Program-made: the position numbers and the translations under genes
In this document: piece by piece, positions 18,861 to 27,028 of the stretch
How the letters are laid out: every line of letters begins with the position of its first letter
Numbering within the stretch: the first letter of the stretch is position 1
Notes under the pieces: model-generated
Seen by the model: only the letters and a program-made list of their open reading frames with translations
The model's database searches: none
Told to the model about the DNA's origin: nothing
NCBI GenBank assembly: GCA_041500405.1
Contig: JBGQMB010000004.1
Location: 1-37,196 of the forward strand
Direction of reading: 5' to 3'
DNA from: Candidatus Micrarchaeia archaeon
GTDB lineage: Archaea; Micrarchaeota; Micrarchaeia; Anstonellales; J096
Length of the DNA stretch: 37,196 nt

Positions 18861-19484
18861 TCAAACCTTTGCCTTATGCTGGGCATTTTGCGCCTTGGCC
18901 TTCAGCCCAAAACGGCCGTCGAAGCTTGCGCTCAGGTGCTTCATAGGCGCGGAAATGGGGTCTGTGTTGGCCGAGATGTTCTGCAGGGACAGGAGCGCGA
19001 ACGCCCACACGACCTGGTCCTTCACCGCCTTGTTGAACACATGGGACGCGCTGAAGGAAAGGTCGTTGAATCCGATTGCCAAAGGAATTTCGCTTTTCAT
19101 GCATTTTTCCACTGACTCGGAAGCGTCCCTGAAGGACAGGACCTTGATTGCAATTTCATTGTCCTTGTCGGGGTTGTCTATCCTGCCTTTGCGGTTCGCC
19201 AAAGTAATGAAACAGAGCGGGACATTGTGGCGCAAAGAGGCCGCAACCATGTGGATGGAGTTGTCAGTTGGTTTGGAGTGCTCGTCAGCCGGAAAATGGG
19301 CGTCGCTTATGATGAAGCTGAACTTTTTTGATTCGAGCAGCGCAAGCGCTGACTTCAGCGTGCCCGCAACGGTAACGTTATACGTGGATTTGAGGTGCTG
19401 CTTTGCCAACCGCGCGAAATCCGTGTTGTCTTCCACAACAAGGACCGAATGGCGGGACCTGTCATCTTCTAGTATGTCATTCAT
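18861..19484 (-). CDS. Response-regulator receiver (REC)-like domain protein
   Basis: VLVVEDN acidic pocket, FIISD (phospho-acceptor-type Asp) and PLCFIT. Start reassigned to ATG 19484. Confidence 0.75.
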   Translation of the reverse strand: MNDILEDDRSRHSVLVVEDNTDFARLAKQHLKSTYNVTVAGTLKSALALLESKKFSFIISDAHFPADEHSKPTDNSIHMVAASLRHNVPLCFITLANRKGRIDNPDKDNEIAIKVLSFRDASESVEKCMKSEIPLAIGFNDLSFSASHVFNKAVKDQVVWAFALLSLQNISANTDPISAPMKHLSASFDGRFGLKAKAQNAQHKAKV

Positions 19485-19592
19485 ATGAGAATATGTGCGG
19501 CGAAGTGTTTTTAAACGAGTGGTAAAAAGTGGGATGGGGCACGGCAAGGCGGTTCCTGAACCTTTTTAAACACAACCGCGCCAAAATATGCC

Positions 19593-20024
19593 ATGGGATC
19601 AGGGATCAAAGTCAAAGACGTCATGGTCAAAAGGATCATAACAATGGACGCCAAGAAAAGCATCTCCGATGCGGCAAATAGGATGAAGGACCGCGAAATA
19701 GGGTCTGTCATAATAATAAACGCGAAGAAGCAGGCGGTTGGCATTGTGACAGAAAGGGACATTGTCAGGAGGGCGGTGGCAAAGGGAATGAGCCACAAGG
19801 AGCCCGTCTCGAAGATAATGTCAAAGTCCATATTCACTATAGCTCCGGACACGGAGCTTGAGATAGCCGCAAAGATGATGGTCAAAAACGGAATCAAAAG
19901 GCTTCCGGTCATAGACAAAAAGGGCGACCTTGTTGGCATCATTTCAGACGACGATATGGCAAAGGCATGGCCTGGGCTTATCGATTTGGCGGAAGAGAAA
20001 GGATATTTAAAGGGCGAAACCTGA
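19593..20024 (+). CDS. Tandem CBS domain protein
   Basis: VKDVM...IGSVII...GIVTERDIV and VSKIM...IKRLPV...LVGIISDDDM. Confidence 0.93.
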   Translation: MGSGIKVKDVMVKRIITMDAKKSISDAANRMKDREIGSVIIINAKKQAVGIVTERDIVRRAVAKGMSHKEPVSKIMSKSIFTIAPDTELEIAAKMMVKNGIKRLPVIDKKGDLVGIISDDDMAKAWPGLIDLAEEKGYLKGET

Positions 20025-20032
20025 CAAACAAA

Positions 20033-20094
20033 TGCCGAGCCGGGATGGCGGGCGCGATGGATGAACGCTGCGGTCAACACGGTTCGGCACCTGA
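20033..20094 (+). ncRNA. Candidate small structured RNA (K-loop-like hairpin)
   Basis: Lower stem TGCCGAGCCG/CGGTTCGGCA, internal loop, upper stem GGCG/CGCT, apical loop CGATGGATGAA; CTGA follows. Confidence 0.35.
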
Positions 20095-20113
20095 TTCTGG
20101 TCCCATTGGGAGC

Positions 20114-20386
20114 ATGAGGATAAACATAAGGGTCAAGCCAAACTCGAGGGAGGAGTCCATTTCACTGGACAAGGGCATAGTGCTGGTCAGCGTGAAAAAG
20201 AAGCCTGAAAAGGGCGCTGCCAACTCTGCGGTGCTCAAGCTGCTGAAAAAGGAGCTGGGCATGCAGGCCAGGCTGGTCCGCGGAATTGCGTCCAGGAACA
20301 AGACAGTGGAAATCCTCGGTGACGAGAACGAGATAAGGCAAAGGCTCGCAAGCCTCATGGATTCAGCAAAACAAAAGGGGGATTAA
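20114..20386 (+). CDS. DUF167/UPF0235 (YggU-like) protein
   Basis: INIRVKPNSR, VKKKPEKGAANSAVLKLL and LVRGIASRNKTVEI. Start reassigned to ATG 20114. Confidence 0.9.
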   Translation: MRINIRVKPNSREESISLDKGIVLVSVKKKPEKGAANSAVLKLLKKELGMQARLVRGIASRNKTVEILGDENEIRQRLASLMDSAKQKGD

Positions 20387-20387
20387 C

Positions 20388-21848
20388 ATGGGAAAAACAT
20401 ACATAGACACAGTCAAATATACTATATACGCGAAGTTCGGCGTCGAAGGGCTTGTTGAGAAGCCGGACGTGGTGGGAGCCATCTTCGGGCAGACAGAAGG
20501 CCTGCTTGGCGAGGAATTGGACCTAAGGGACCTGCAGAAGAACGGCAGGATAGGCAGGATAGAGGTCAACACATCGTCCAACAACATAAGGACAACGGGA
20601 CTGATAAAGATACCGTCAAGCCTTGACAGGATAGAGACCGCGGTTGTCGCTGCGGCGATGGAAACTGTTGACAGGGTAGGGCCTTGCGACGCGAAGTTCG
20701 AGATAGAAAAAATAGAGGACAACAGGGACGCAAAAAGGAAGAAGATTGTGGAGAAAGCAAAGGACCTGTTCAAGGTTATGCTCAATGACCAGATACCCGA
20801 CAGCAAGGAGATAATCGAGCTTGTGAGGGCCGATGTCAAGACTGACGAGACGCAGGTTTATGGGCCTGACAAGCTTGTCGCAGGCAAGGGCATAGAAAGA
20901 AACGAGACCATAATCCTGGTTGAGGGAAGGGCGGATGTGCTCAACATGCTGAGGAATGACATGGACAATGTCATAGCCATAGGCGGGGCAAAGATTACGC
21001 CCAGCATAATAGAGATAACCAAGAAAAAGGAGGTCATTGTCTTCCTTGACGGGGACAGGGGCGGGGACATCATCCTGAACGAGCTTGTCAACGCAGGCGC
21101 TGAGATAGACTTTGTCGCAAGGGCGCCGTCTGGCCAGGAGGTCGAGGAGCTCACAAGGAAGGAGCTCATAAAAGCGATCAGGAACACAATGCCGTTCAAC
21201 CAGTACCAAACTGACAGGGAGAGCGCGAATGTCAGAAGGCAGGAAGAGCATAGGAACCGCTTTGGCGGAGGATATGGCAGGCAGAGGTACCAGGAATATG
21301 AAAGGAGGGACAGGCCGCAATACTCGCAGCCGTTCCAGCAGCAAAGGACTGCGCCAGTTGCACCCGTGATGCCTATAAGGCAGCCGACGCCTGAGCCGGC
21401 CTTGCCTGAACAGCCGAAGCCGGATGTTGTGGTTCCACAGGACGCTGCAGTGCGCGAGGCGCCCAAGCCATTGGATGTGCTGGTTTCAGAGCTTCCTGAA
21501 AAGAGGGAGGAAAGGACTGCGCCGGCTGTTGTGCCAGAGCCGACTGTGCCTAAGGAAAAGATAGAGCTAAGCTCCGAAAACCTCGTGAAGCAGCTCGCCA
21601 CAATAACAGGCCAGTCAAAGGCAAAGATATACAATGCCGCAGGCGAGCTTGTGGACGAGTCCTCCGTAAGCAACATAATAAAGGCGCTGGACGAGTCGCA
21701 CGAGCCGTTCGCCATTGTGTTCGACGGCATAATAACGCAGAGGCTGGCGGACATAGCCGCGCAGAAGGGCGCGAAATGGATCGTGGGGACAAAGACAGGG
21801 AACGTCAGGAAGGTGCCTGATTCGCTGACCATGATAACGTCGCAGTGA
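20388..21848 (+). CDS. dnaG: Archaeal DnaG-like protein (exosome-associated, Toprim)
   Basis: VEKPDVVGAIFGQTEGLLG, Toprim ILVEGRADV and FLDGDRGGD, EVEELT, and C-terminal FDGIITQRL. Confidence 0.96.
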   Translation: MGKTYIDTVKYTIYAKFGVEGLVEKPDVVGAIFGQTEGLLGEELDLRDLQKNGRIGRIEVNTSSNNIRTTGLIKIPSSLDRIETAVVAAAMETVDRVGPCDAKFEIEKIEDNRDAKRKKIVEKAKDLFKVMLNDQIPDSKEIIELVRADVKTDETQVYGPDKLVAGKGIERNETIILVEGRADVLNMLRNDMDNVIAIGGAKITPSIIEITKKKEVIVFLDGDRGGDIILNELVNAGAEIDFVARAPSGQEVEELTRKELIKAIRNTMPFNQYQTDRESANVRRQEEHRNRFGGGYGRQRYQEYERRDRPQYSQPFQQQRTAPVAPVMPIRQPTPEPALPEQPKPDVVVPQDAAVREAPKPLDVLVSELPEKREERTAPAVVPEPTVPKEKIELSSENLVKQLATITGQSKAKIYNAAGELVDESSVSNIIKALDESHEPFAIVFDGIITQRLADIAAQKGAKWIVGTKTGNVRKVPDSLTMITSQ

Positions 21849-21883
21849 AACGCGGGGCTTTTTGCCCCGCTGTTTCCCTTTTT
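21847..21883 (+). terminator. GC-rich hairpin with a T tract after dnaG
   Basis: GAAAC-GCGGGGC-TTTTT-GCCCCGC-T-GTTTC followed by CCTTTTT. Confidence 0.55.
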
Positions 21884-21894
21884 GCAGTGATGCC

Positions 21895-23133
21895 ATGAAA
21901 ATCATCTTCAAGACATATGGATGCACGCTCAACAGGGCGGACACGGAGATGATGGAAGCCATTGCAAGGCAGGGGAAGCACGAGATTGTGGAAAACGAGG
22001 ATGACGCGGATGTTGTTGTTGTCAATACGTGCACAGTCAAGCTCCCAACTGAAAACAAGATAATCAGCTACCTCAACGGGCTGAAGAAAAAAGGAAAGAC
22101 GTTTGTCATAGCAGGGTGCATGACTGTTGACAAGAAAATCCAAGATACATTCAACGCGCCCATGCTTGGCCCGTCTTCATTAAGGCACATAAACGAGGCC
22201 ATAAGCGACGCTGCTGAGGGGCGGCGCAGCCATTATGGCGTATTGGAAACAAAGGACTTCCTGCCAAAGGGATTCACGCCGCCCATCGCCAGGATCGCGA
22301 TATGCGACGGGTGCACGGACAAATGCCATTTTTGCCAATCAAGGCTTGCAAGGCCGAAACTGATAAGCCAAGGTATGAAGTCGATAAAGGTCAGCCTCGA
22401 AAAGGCGCTTGGCCTGGGGTGCAGGGAGATAGAGCTTAGCGGATGCGACACAGGCGCATATGGCCTGGACATCGGGACAGATGTTACTGAACTGCTAAAG
22501 GAATTATGCAGGACAAACGGGGACTTCAGGATAAGGCTGGGCATGGCGAACCCGCACCATGTGAAAAGGCTTCTTGGAAAGCTCGTGAACGTTTACAAAA
22601 ACCCGAAGATGTTCAAATTCCTGCACGCATCTGTCCAGTCAGGAAGCGAGAAGGTCGCCCGCGAGATGGGGCGCGGGCATTCTGTTGCGGATTTTGAGTC
22701 CATCATCAAGATATTGCGGAGGGAAATCCCCGATGTAATGGTCGAGACTGACATTATAGTGGGATATCCGACCGAAACCGAGGAGGATTTCAACGAAACC
22801 ATGGCCATGCTTGAACGGGTGAGGCCGGACATTGTCAACCTTTCGAAATTCACGCCAAGGCGGGGAACGGTTGCGGCAGAAATGAAGCAGCTTCCGTCCG
22901 AGACGATAAAGCAAAGAAGCGTGAAAGTGGCGGACCTGCTGAAAAATCAGGGCCTGGAAAACAATGTGAAGTTCCTGGGAAAGAAAATCAATATCCTTGT
23001 CACTGAAGAGGGCAAAGGCAGGGCGAACAGCTACAAGCAGGTCGCGTTCATCGGAAAGGCGGAATTGGGAAGCAGGATAGATGTTGCAATAACCGGATTC
23101 ACGCACACGACGCTTTTGGGAAAGAAGATTTAG
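21895..23133 (+). CDS. tRNA t6A37 methylthiotransferase (archaeal MtaB/CDKAL1-type, MiaB family)
   Basis: UPF0004 motifs TYGCTLN, VNTCTVK and AGC; radical SAM CTDKCHFC; VQSGS; TDIIVGYPTETEEDF; C-terminal TRAM-like region. Start ATG 21895. Confidence 0.92.
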   Translation: MKIIFKTYGCTLNRADTEMMEAIARQGKHEIVENEDDADVVVVNTCTVKLPTENKIISYLNGLKKKGKTFVIAGCMTVDKKIQDTFNAPMLGPSSLRHINEAISDAAEGRRSHYGVLETKDFLPKGFTPPIARIAICDGCTDKCHFCQSRLARPKLISQGMKSIKVSLEKALGLGCREIELSGCDTGAYGLDIGTDVTELLKELCRTNGDFRIRLGMANPHHVKRLLGKLVNVYKNPKMFKFLHASVQSGSEKVAREMGRGHSVADFESIIKILRREIPDVMVETDIIVGYPTETEEDFNETMAMLERVRPDIVNLSKFTPRRGTVAAEMKQLPSETIKQRSVKVADLLKNQGLENNVKFLGKKINILVTEEGKGRANSYKQVAFIGKAELGSRIDVAITGFTHTTLLGKKI

Positions 23134-23600
23134 CCGCTGCTTGGCTTGTCGTACAGGTTTATCGACATTGACACGGCGTTCCCAAGCTGGTCAATGACTA
23201 TCCTTGCTGTCCTTACCTGGGAGATGGAGTTCTGCATCGCCATGTTGCAGTCCGATGGGTGAAAAGTCGTCCTTACCGGGCCGCGAATCTGGATGCAGAT
23301 GCCATACGGGGACGTGTCGTCAACGTTCTTTATCCTGGCGTTCATGTCCGTCAGGGGGTCCATGCCCGTTTCCGCCATTATCCTGTTGGATATTGCGCTG
23401 TCCATTATGCCATATACAGGGTCCTCGCTCATCAGGAGCGCGGAAACCCTTATCATTTCCTTGTCTATTATGTCCTTCTTGTAATCATTTGTTGCCTGCG
23501 AGAACAGCAGGAAGCTGAAGAACGAGAATATCGCAACCACGAAGATTATCGCGGCGATTATCGCGTCAAAGCTGAACGATTGCCCTTTAAGGTTCTTCAT
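23130..23600 (-). CDS. Pilin-like protein with a class III signal peptide
   Basis: MKNLKG/QSFSFDAIIAAIIFVVAIFSFF. ATGA overlap with the upstream gene. Confidence 0.8.
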   Translation of the reverse strand: MKNLKGQSFSFDAIIAAIIFVVAIFSFFSFLLFSQATNDYKKDIIDKEMIRVSALLMSEDPVYGIMDSAISNRIMAETGMDPLTDMNARIKNVDDTSPYGICIQIRGPVRTTFHPSDCNMAMQNSISQVRTARIVIDQLGNAVSMSINLYDKPSSG

Positions 23601-24043
23601 TCGCACGCACCCCCTTCCTTCTTGGCGAAGCACAAACCATCGCCCCTCATGCTAAGGTAAACAGTCTGGCCTGCATGGAGAGTGACCTTTTTGCCTTCGA
23701 CCAGGCCGTAATCTATTGTGCTGGACGAGAAGTGCGTCAAGAACGAGTCAGCGACCGTTACGTCCACTAGCCTGTATTGTTCGTCAATGGTAACGTTGTA
23801 GTCAAAGCCGTTTATGCTGCCCGGAAGGTCGAACGACGTCCTGAAGTCCGGCCCCATGGAGTAAGCGACAGTCGCGAAAGACATTACCTTGCTTCCGACT
23901 ATGGATGCCATGATATAGTCGTTTCTCGAGACCTCATACCTGGACATCTCGGAAAACAGGAAGATGACTATCACGAAAGCCAGCATGAAAACTGAGGTGT
24001 ACACAAGGAATTCAAGCGAAACCTGCCCTTTTCTCCTTTCCAT
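23597..24043 (-). CDS. Type IV pilin-like protein with a class III signal peptide
   Basis: MERRKG/QVSLEFLVYTSVFMLAFVIVIFLF (Gln +1, Glu +5). Confidence 0.88.
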   Translation of the reverse strand: MERRKGQVSLEFLVYTSVFMLAFVIVIFLFSEMSRYEVSRNDYIMASIVGSKVMSFATVAYSMGPDFRTSFDLPGSINGFDYNVTIDEQYRLVDVTVADSFLTHFSSSTIDYGLVEGKKVTLHAGQTVYLSMRGDGLCFAKKEGGACE

Positions 24044-24044
24044 G

Positions 24045-24551
24045 TCAATCCCTCGCGTCCTCCATCTTCAGCGATATGTACTGCGAAGACATTCCCTCTT
24101 CCATGATTTCGCAGCTTATCTTTATCCTCACTATGCCGCCGTTCCTTATGACATTTGTCGTAGACCCCGAAACCGGCTGTATATCCAGTCTCTTGTAATC
24201 TTCCGTGTTGCTGTTCACCACGTTTATCGGGGTCGAAAACGAATATTCCTTTCCTTCAAGCGTGTAGTTGGTTATCAGCATCGCCCTTTCCCCCGCCTTG
24301 GCGAACGTCACGTTGTCAAGCACCGCAGGATAGTATATGGAGACGTTCCTGTCTCCAGGGCAGAAGGCGTACGCCTCCTCCAGGTTCCTTTTCAGCACGT
24401 CGGTGTCCTCGTAAAGCTGCTTTTGGTAAAAGTCGCTGCTGTGCGTCGTTGAAATGCTGAGCATGAAAACTATGAGCGGTATCATGATTACCATGAATGA
24501 GGACACCATGGCAATGTTCTCAACAGAGGACTGCCCTTTCCTGCTTGCCAT
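24045..24551 (-). CDS. Type IV pilin-like protein with a class III signal peptide
   Basis: MASRKG/QSSVENIAMVSSFMVIMIPLIVFML; SD GGAGGT upstream. Confidence 0.85.
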   Translation of the reverse strand: MASRKGQSSVENIAMVSSFMVIMIPLIVFMLSISTTHSSDFYQKQLYEDTDVLKRNLEEAYAFCPGDRNVSIYYPAVLDNVTFAKAGERAMLITNYTLEGKEYSFSTPINVVNSNTEDYKRLDIQPVSGSTTNVIRNGGIVRIKISCEIMEEGMSSQYISLKMEDARD

Positions 24552-24552
24552 G

Positions 24553-26163
24553 CTAGTCAACCTCCGTGCACAGCGGGTCGTCTATGCCGCAGTAAAGGTA
24601 GTTTGGTATGCCGAACTCGTCCCTGATTGTGTCAGAGACTATGACGCGCCTTATGACAGTTCCGGTTGCGCACATCCCGCTGTTCTTGCATCCGGGCATG
24701 CCTTTCACGATGTTGAGATTGTAATGCGACCCACTTTCATAAGTTGATATGAACTCAAAGTCAACGCTGCTCCAGTCTATGTACGCATTATCTGGGCCAA
24801 GGAACTCCTCCTCTATCAATATTGTGGTTATGCCGTTCTCCCCGTCGCTCATTCTTTGGGCGTTCTGGAACATCCTCTGGAAGAAGTTCGGGCCGTTTAT
24901 TGACTTGAAATAATATGCGCAGATGAACTGGTCCCTCATGCCCTCTATGCCGTAAAGCGTTATTTCGGACATTCCCTTGTTCCTTGCGCTTGTGGAAATT
25001 CTGCTCTTTCCCGTGTCAAAATAAACTGCCGCCGGATATTGATTATTGTCGCTGATGAAATAGCCTGGATTTTGGCTGCCTGTTATTGCACTTAGCTTGA
25101 AATCCGGAATTACCAGGAATGGCTGGTCGATATAAGTTCCATCTTCGTTATTTTCTAAGATGCAGGCTGCGCTGCCATACATGATGGGATTGAAGACTGT
25201 TTCCGGGTCCTCGTTACTGTGCCCCAGGCATACCTCATCCGTTTCGATTATGGTGTTGTTGAGGATGTACGCGCCGTAAAGGGTCCAGTTCTCCAGCGTC
25301 AATATGTCCGAAAGGTTCCCATACAGAATATAAAGGTCTGGGCTGGCCGGGGTTGTTGCGTTTGCCTGCGCAACGGATATGAGCGGCCCGTAGAACCATC
25401 CTTGGCCTGCAAGGCTTCCTGTGAATGGTACGCTTCCTGTTTCGTTGCTGAACTCGTCCACTATGCTGTCTCCATCATGCTTGAACAGGAACCAGCTGTA
25501 GTTCTGCGCCCCGCCTGGGTGATCTTCATCTATCAGATACCTGTTCAACATCGGGTCCGGAAGGCCCTCTATGCTGATGTTTGTGCTAAGGTTCTCATAC
25601 ACCACGTGGTACTCAGACCTGCCAAGCGCGTCCGAAACATTTACAACGACGTCCGCTGTGAGCATGACGCTGTGCGGCGAGCTCATATTCATCCTGGTGT
25701 TGTTGAACGAAAGCGTGTTGACGGTGTATCCCACCGGCGCAATGCTCTGGTTGACAAGTGATGCAAATCCGTTAAGCGTGTAGCCCATCTCGTCTTCCGA
25801 ATAAGACAATGGATTGTCGCTATGGGCGAACAACGATGAATCCGATGTTCCATTGTTGATAAGGCTCTGGAAGACCGCCTCTGCGTTCTCCATGTTTGTG
25901 TCGTCGCTTCCAGTGTCCTTCATGGGATTGTACGCCGTGTGGTTCGCCATCTTGAAAAGCGCGAACTTGCCTGTTGCGCCAAGCGAGGCGGCCATTGACT
26001 CGCTGTTGAAATTCGAGAAAACTGTCTGGTATGAAAGCAGGCTCATCAGGTCTGCGTAGAACATCTCGTTTTCCCTTATGGACGAGAGGTGCTGTGTGAC
26101 TGACGAGACTGCGAAAACAAGGAAAACTAGCGCCGAAAGCGAAAGGAAGAAACCCTTGTTCAT
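24553..26163 (-). CDS. Large pilin-like or adhesin-like surface protein (536 aa)
   Basis: MNKG/FFLSLSALVFLVFAV followed by an acidic, Asn-sequon-rich extracellular region. ATGA overlap with the upstream gene. Confidence 0.78.
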   Translation of the reverse strand: MNKGFFLSLSALVFLVFAVSSVTQHLSSIRENEMFYADLMSLLSYQTVFSNFNSESMAASLGATGKFALFKMANHTAYNPMKDTGSDDTNMENAEAVFQSLINNGTSDSSLFAHSDNPLSYSEDEMGYTLNGFASLVNQSIAPVGYTVNTLSFNNTRMNMSSPHSVMLTADVVVNVSDALGRSEYHVVYENLSTNISIEGLPDPMLNRYLIDEDHPGGAQNYSWFLFKHDGDSIVDEFSNETGSVPFTGSLAGQGWFYGPLISVAQANATTPASPDLYILYGNLSDILTLENWTLYGAYILNNTIIETDEVCLGHSNEDPETVFNPIMYGSAACILENNEDGTYIDQPFLVIPDFKLSAITGSQNPGYFISDNNQYPAAVYFDTGKSRISTSARNKGMSEITLYGIEGMRDQFICAYYFKSINGPNFFQRMFQNAQRMSDGENGITTILIEEEFLGPDNAYIDWSSVDFEFISTYESGSHYNLNIVKGMPGCKNSGMCATGTVIRRVIVSDTIRDEFGIPNYLYCGIDDPLCTEVD

Positions 26164-26690
26164 ATGAACACCACCAGTCTCATGAGGGTCGTGTCCACGC
26201 CCCACACAGGCAGATACTCCTGCAGGTTGCACGGAACGTTGCTGCCCTTGCACGTCGTATATCCAAACGGGTTGTAGTTTGTGTCGCTGCCGCTGCGTTC
26301 CTCAATGACTGTTGAAACCGTCACTATCGCGTCGCTGCTCTGCACGCCTATGCCTGCTTTTTTGTAGTCGCCCACAGAGCATCCCTCAATTGCGGACCAT
26401 TTGTTATTTTTGTAGTCAAGAGCCAGGAGCGCATATCCGTAGCCTGGCGGAAGGTTTTGCCTTATGATTTCGGCGCATGCGTCTTCCCTGCCGTTGTTGT
26501 TCACTATGTTGGCAAGCAAAATCGGGGACGCGGCTATCGCCCTTATGCCGTCCGATGAAAGCAGCTTGAGCTGGTATGCCACCGTGTACTGGTAGGTGGA
26601 AAGGCCAAGCCCGAATATCAGCATATTCATCGCCATGGCTATAATCATCAGTGAGATGAACGCGTCCAGCGAGTATATAAATGCCTTCAT
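26160..26690 (-). CDS. Pilin-like protein with a class III-type signal peptide
   Basis: MKA/FIYSLDAFISLMIIAMAMNMLIFG. First gene of the operon, with a TATA-like TATTAAATA about 25 nt upstream. Confidence 0.8.
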   Translation of the reverse strand: MKAFIYSLDAFISLMIIAMAMNMLIFGLGLSTYQYTVAYQLKLLSSDGIRAIAASPILLANIVNNNGREDACAEIIRQNLPPGYGYALLALDYKNNKWSAIEGCSVGDYKKAGIGVQSSDAIVTVSTVIEERSGSDTNYNPFGYTTCKGSNVPCNLQEYLPVWGVDTTLMRLVVFI

Positions 26691-26813
26691 CGGTATATTT
26701 TGGCCCTGAAAGGTATTTAATACTATGCCCAAACAACCCAATATTGCAACCGTATTAGCAACGGAGCATAACCGTTTGGTTTTTAAGGATTTGCGGGAAC
26801 GTTGTCCTTACAT

Positions 26814-26888
26814 GGGCCTGTAGCTCAGCCTGGCTAGAGCACTCGACTCTTAATCGAGGTGTCGGGGGTTCAAATCCCCTCAGGCCCG
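26814..26888 (+). tRNA. tRNA-Lys (anticodon CTT), no intron, CCA not encoded
   Basis: Acceptor GGGCCTG/CAGGCCC; D-stem GCTC/GAGC; anticodon arm CTCGA-CTCTTAA-TCGAG; T-arm GGGGG-TTCAAAT-CCCCT. Confidence 0.97.
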
Positions 26889-26974
26889 ATCCTTTTTCTT
26901 CAGAGAAGAAAAAGTCTTCACCCCAAAAGAAGCTATGCTTGGACTCTGCGGAGTCAATAATGCATTCTAAACGT

Positions 26975-27020
26975 CGGGTCCGGAGGCAGATGGATACGTA
27001 CTGTGGCTGCCTCAGGCCCG
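26975..27020 (+). repeat. tRNA-trailer hairpin element, copy 2
   Basis: CGGGTCCGGAGGCAGATGGATACGTACTGTGGCTGCCTCAGGCCCG with a GAGGCAG/CTGCCTC stem; homologous to 18796-18842. Confidence 0.65.
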
Positions 27021-27028
27021 TATCTCAC

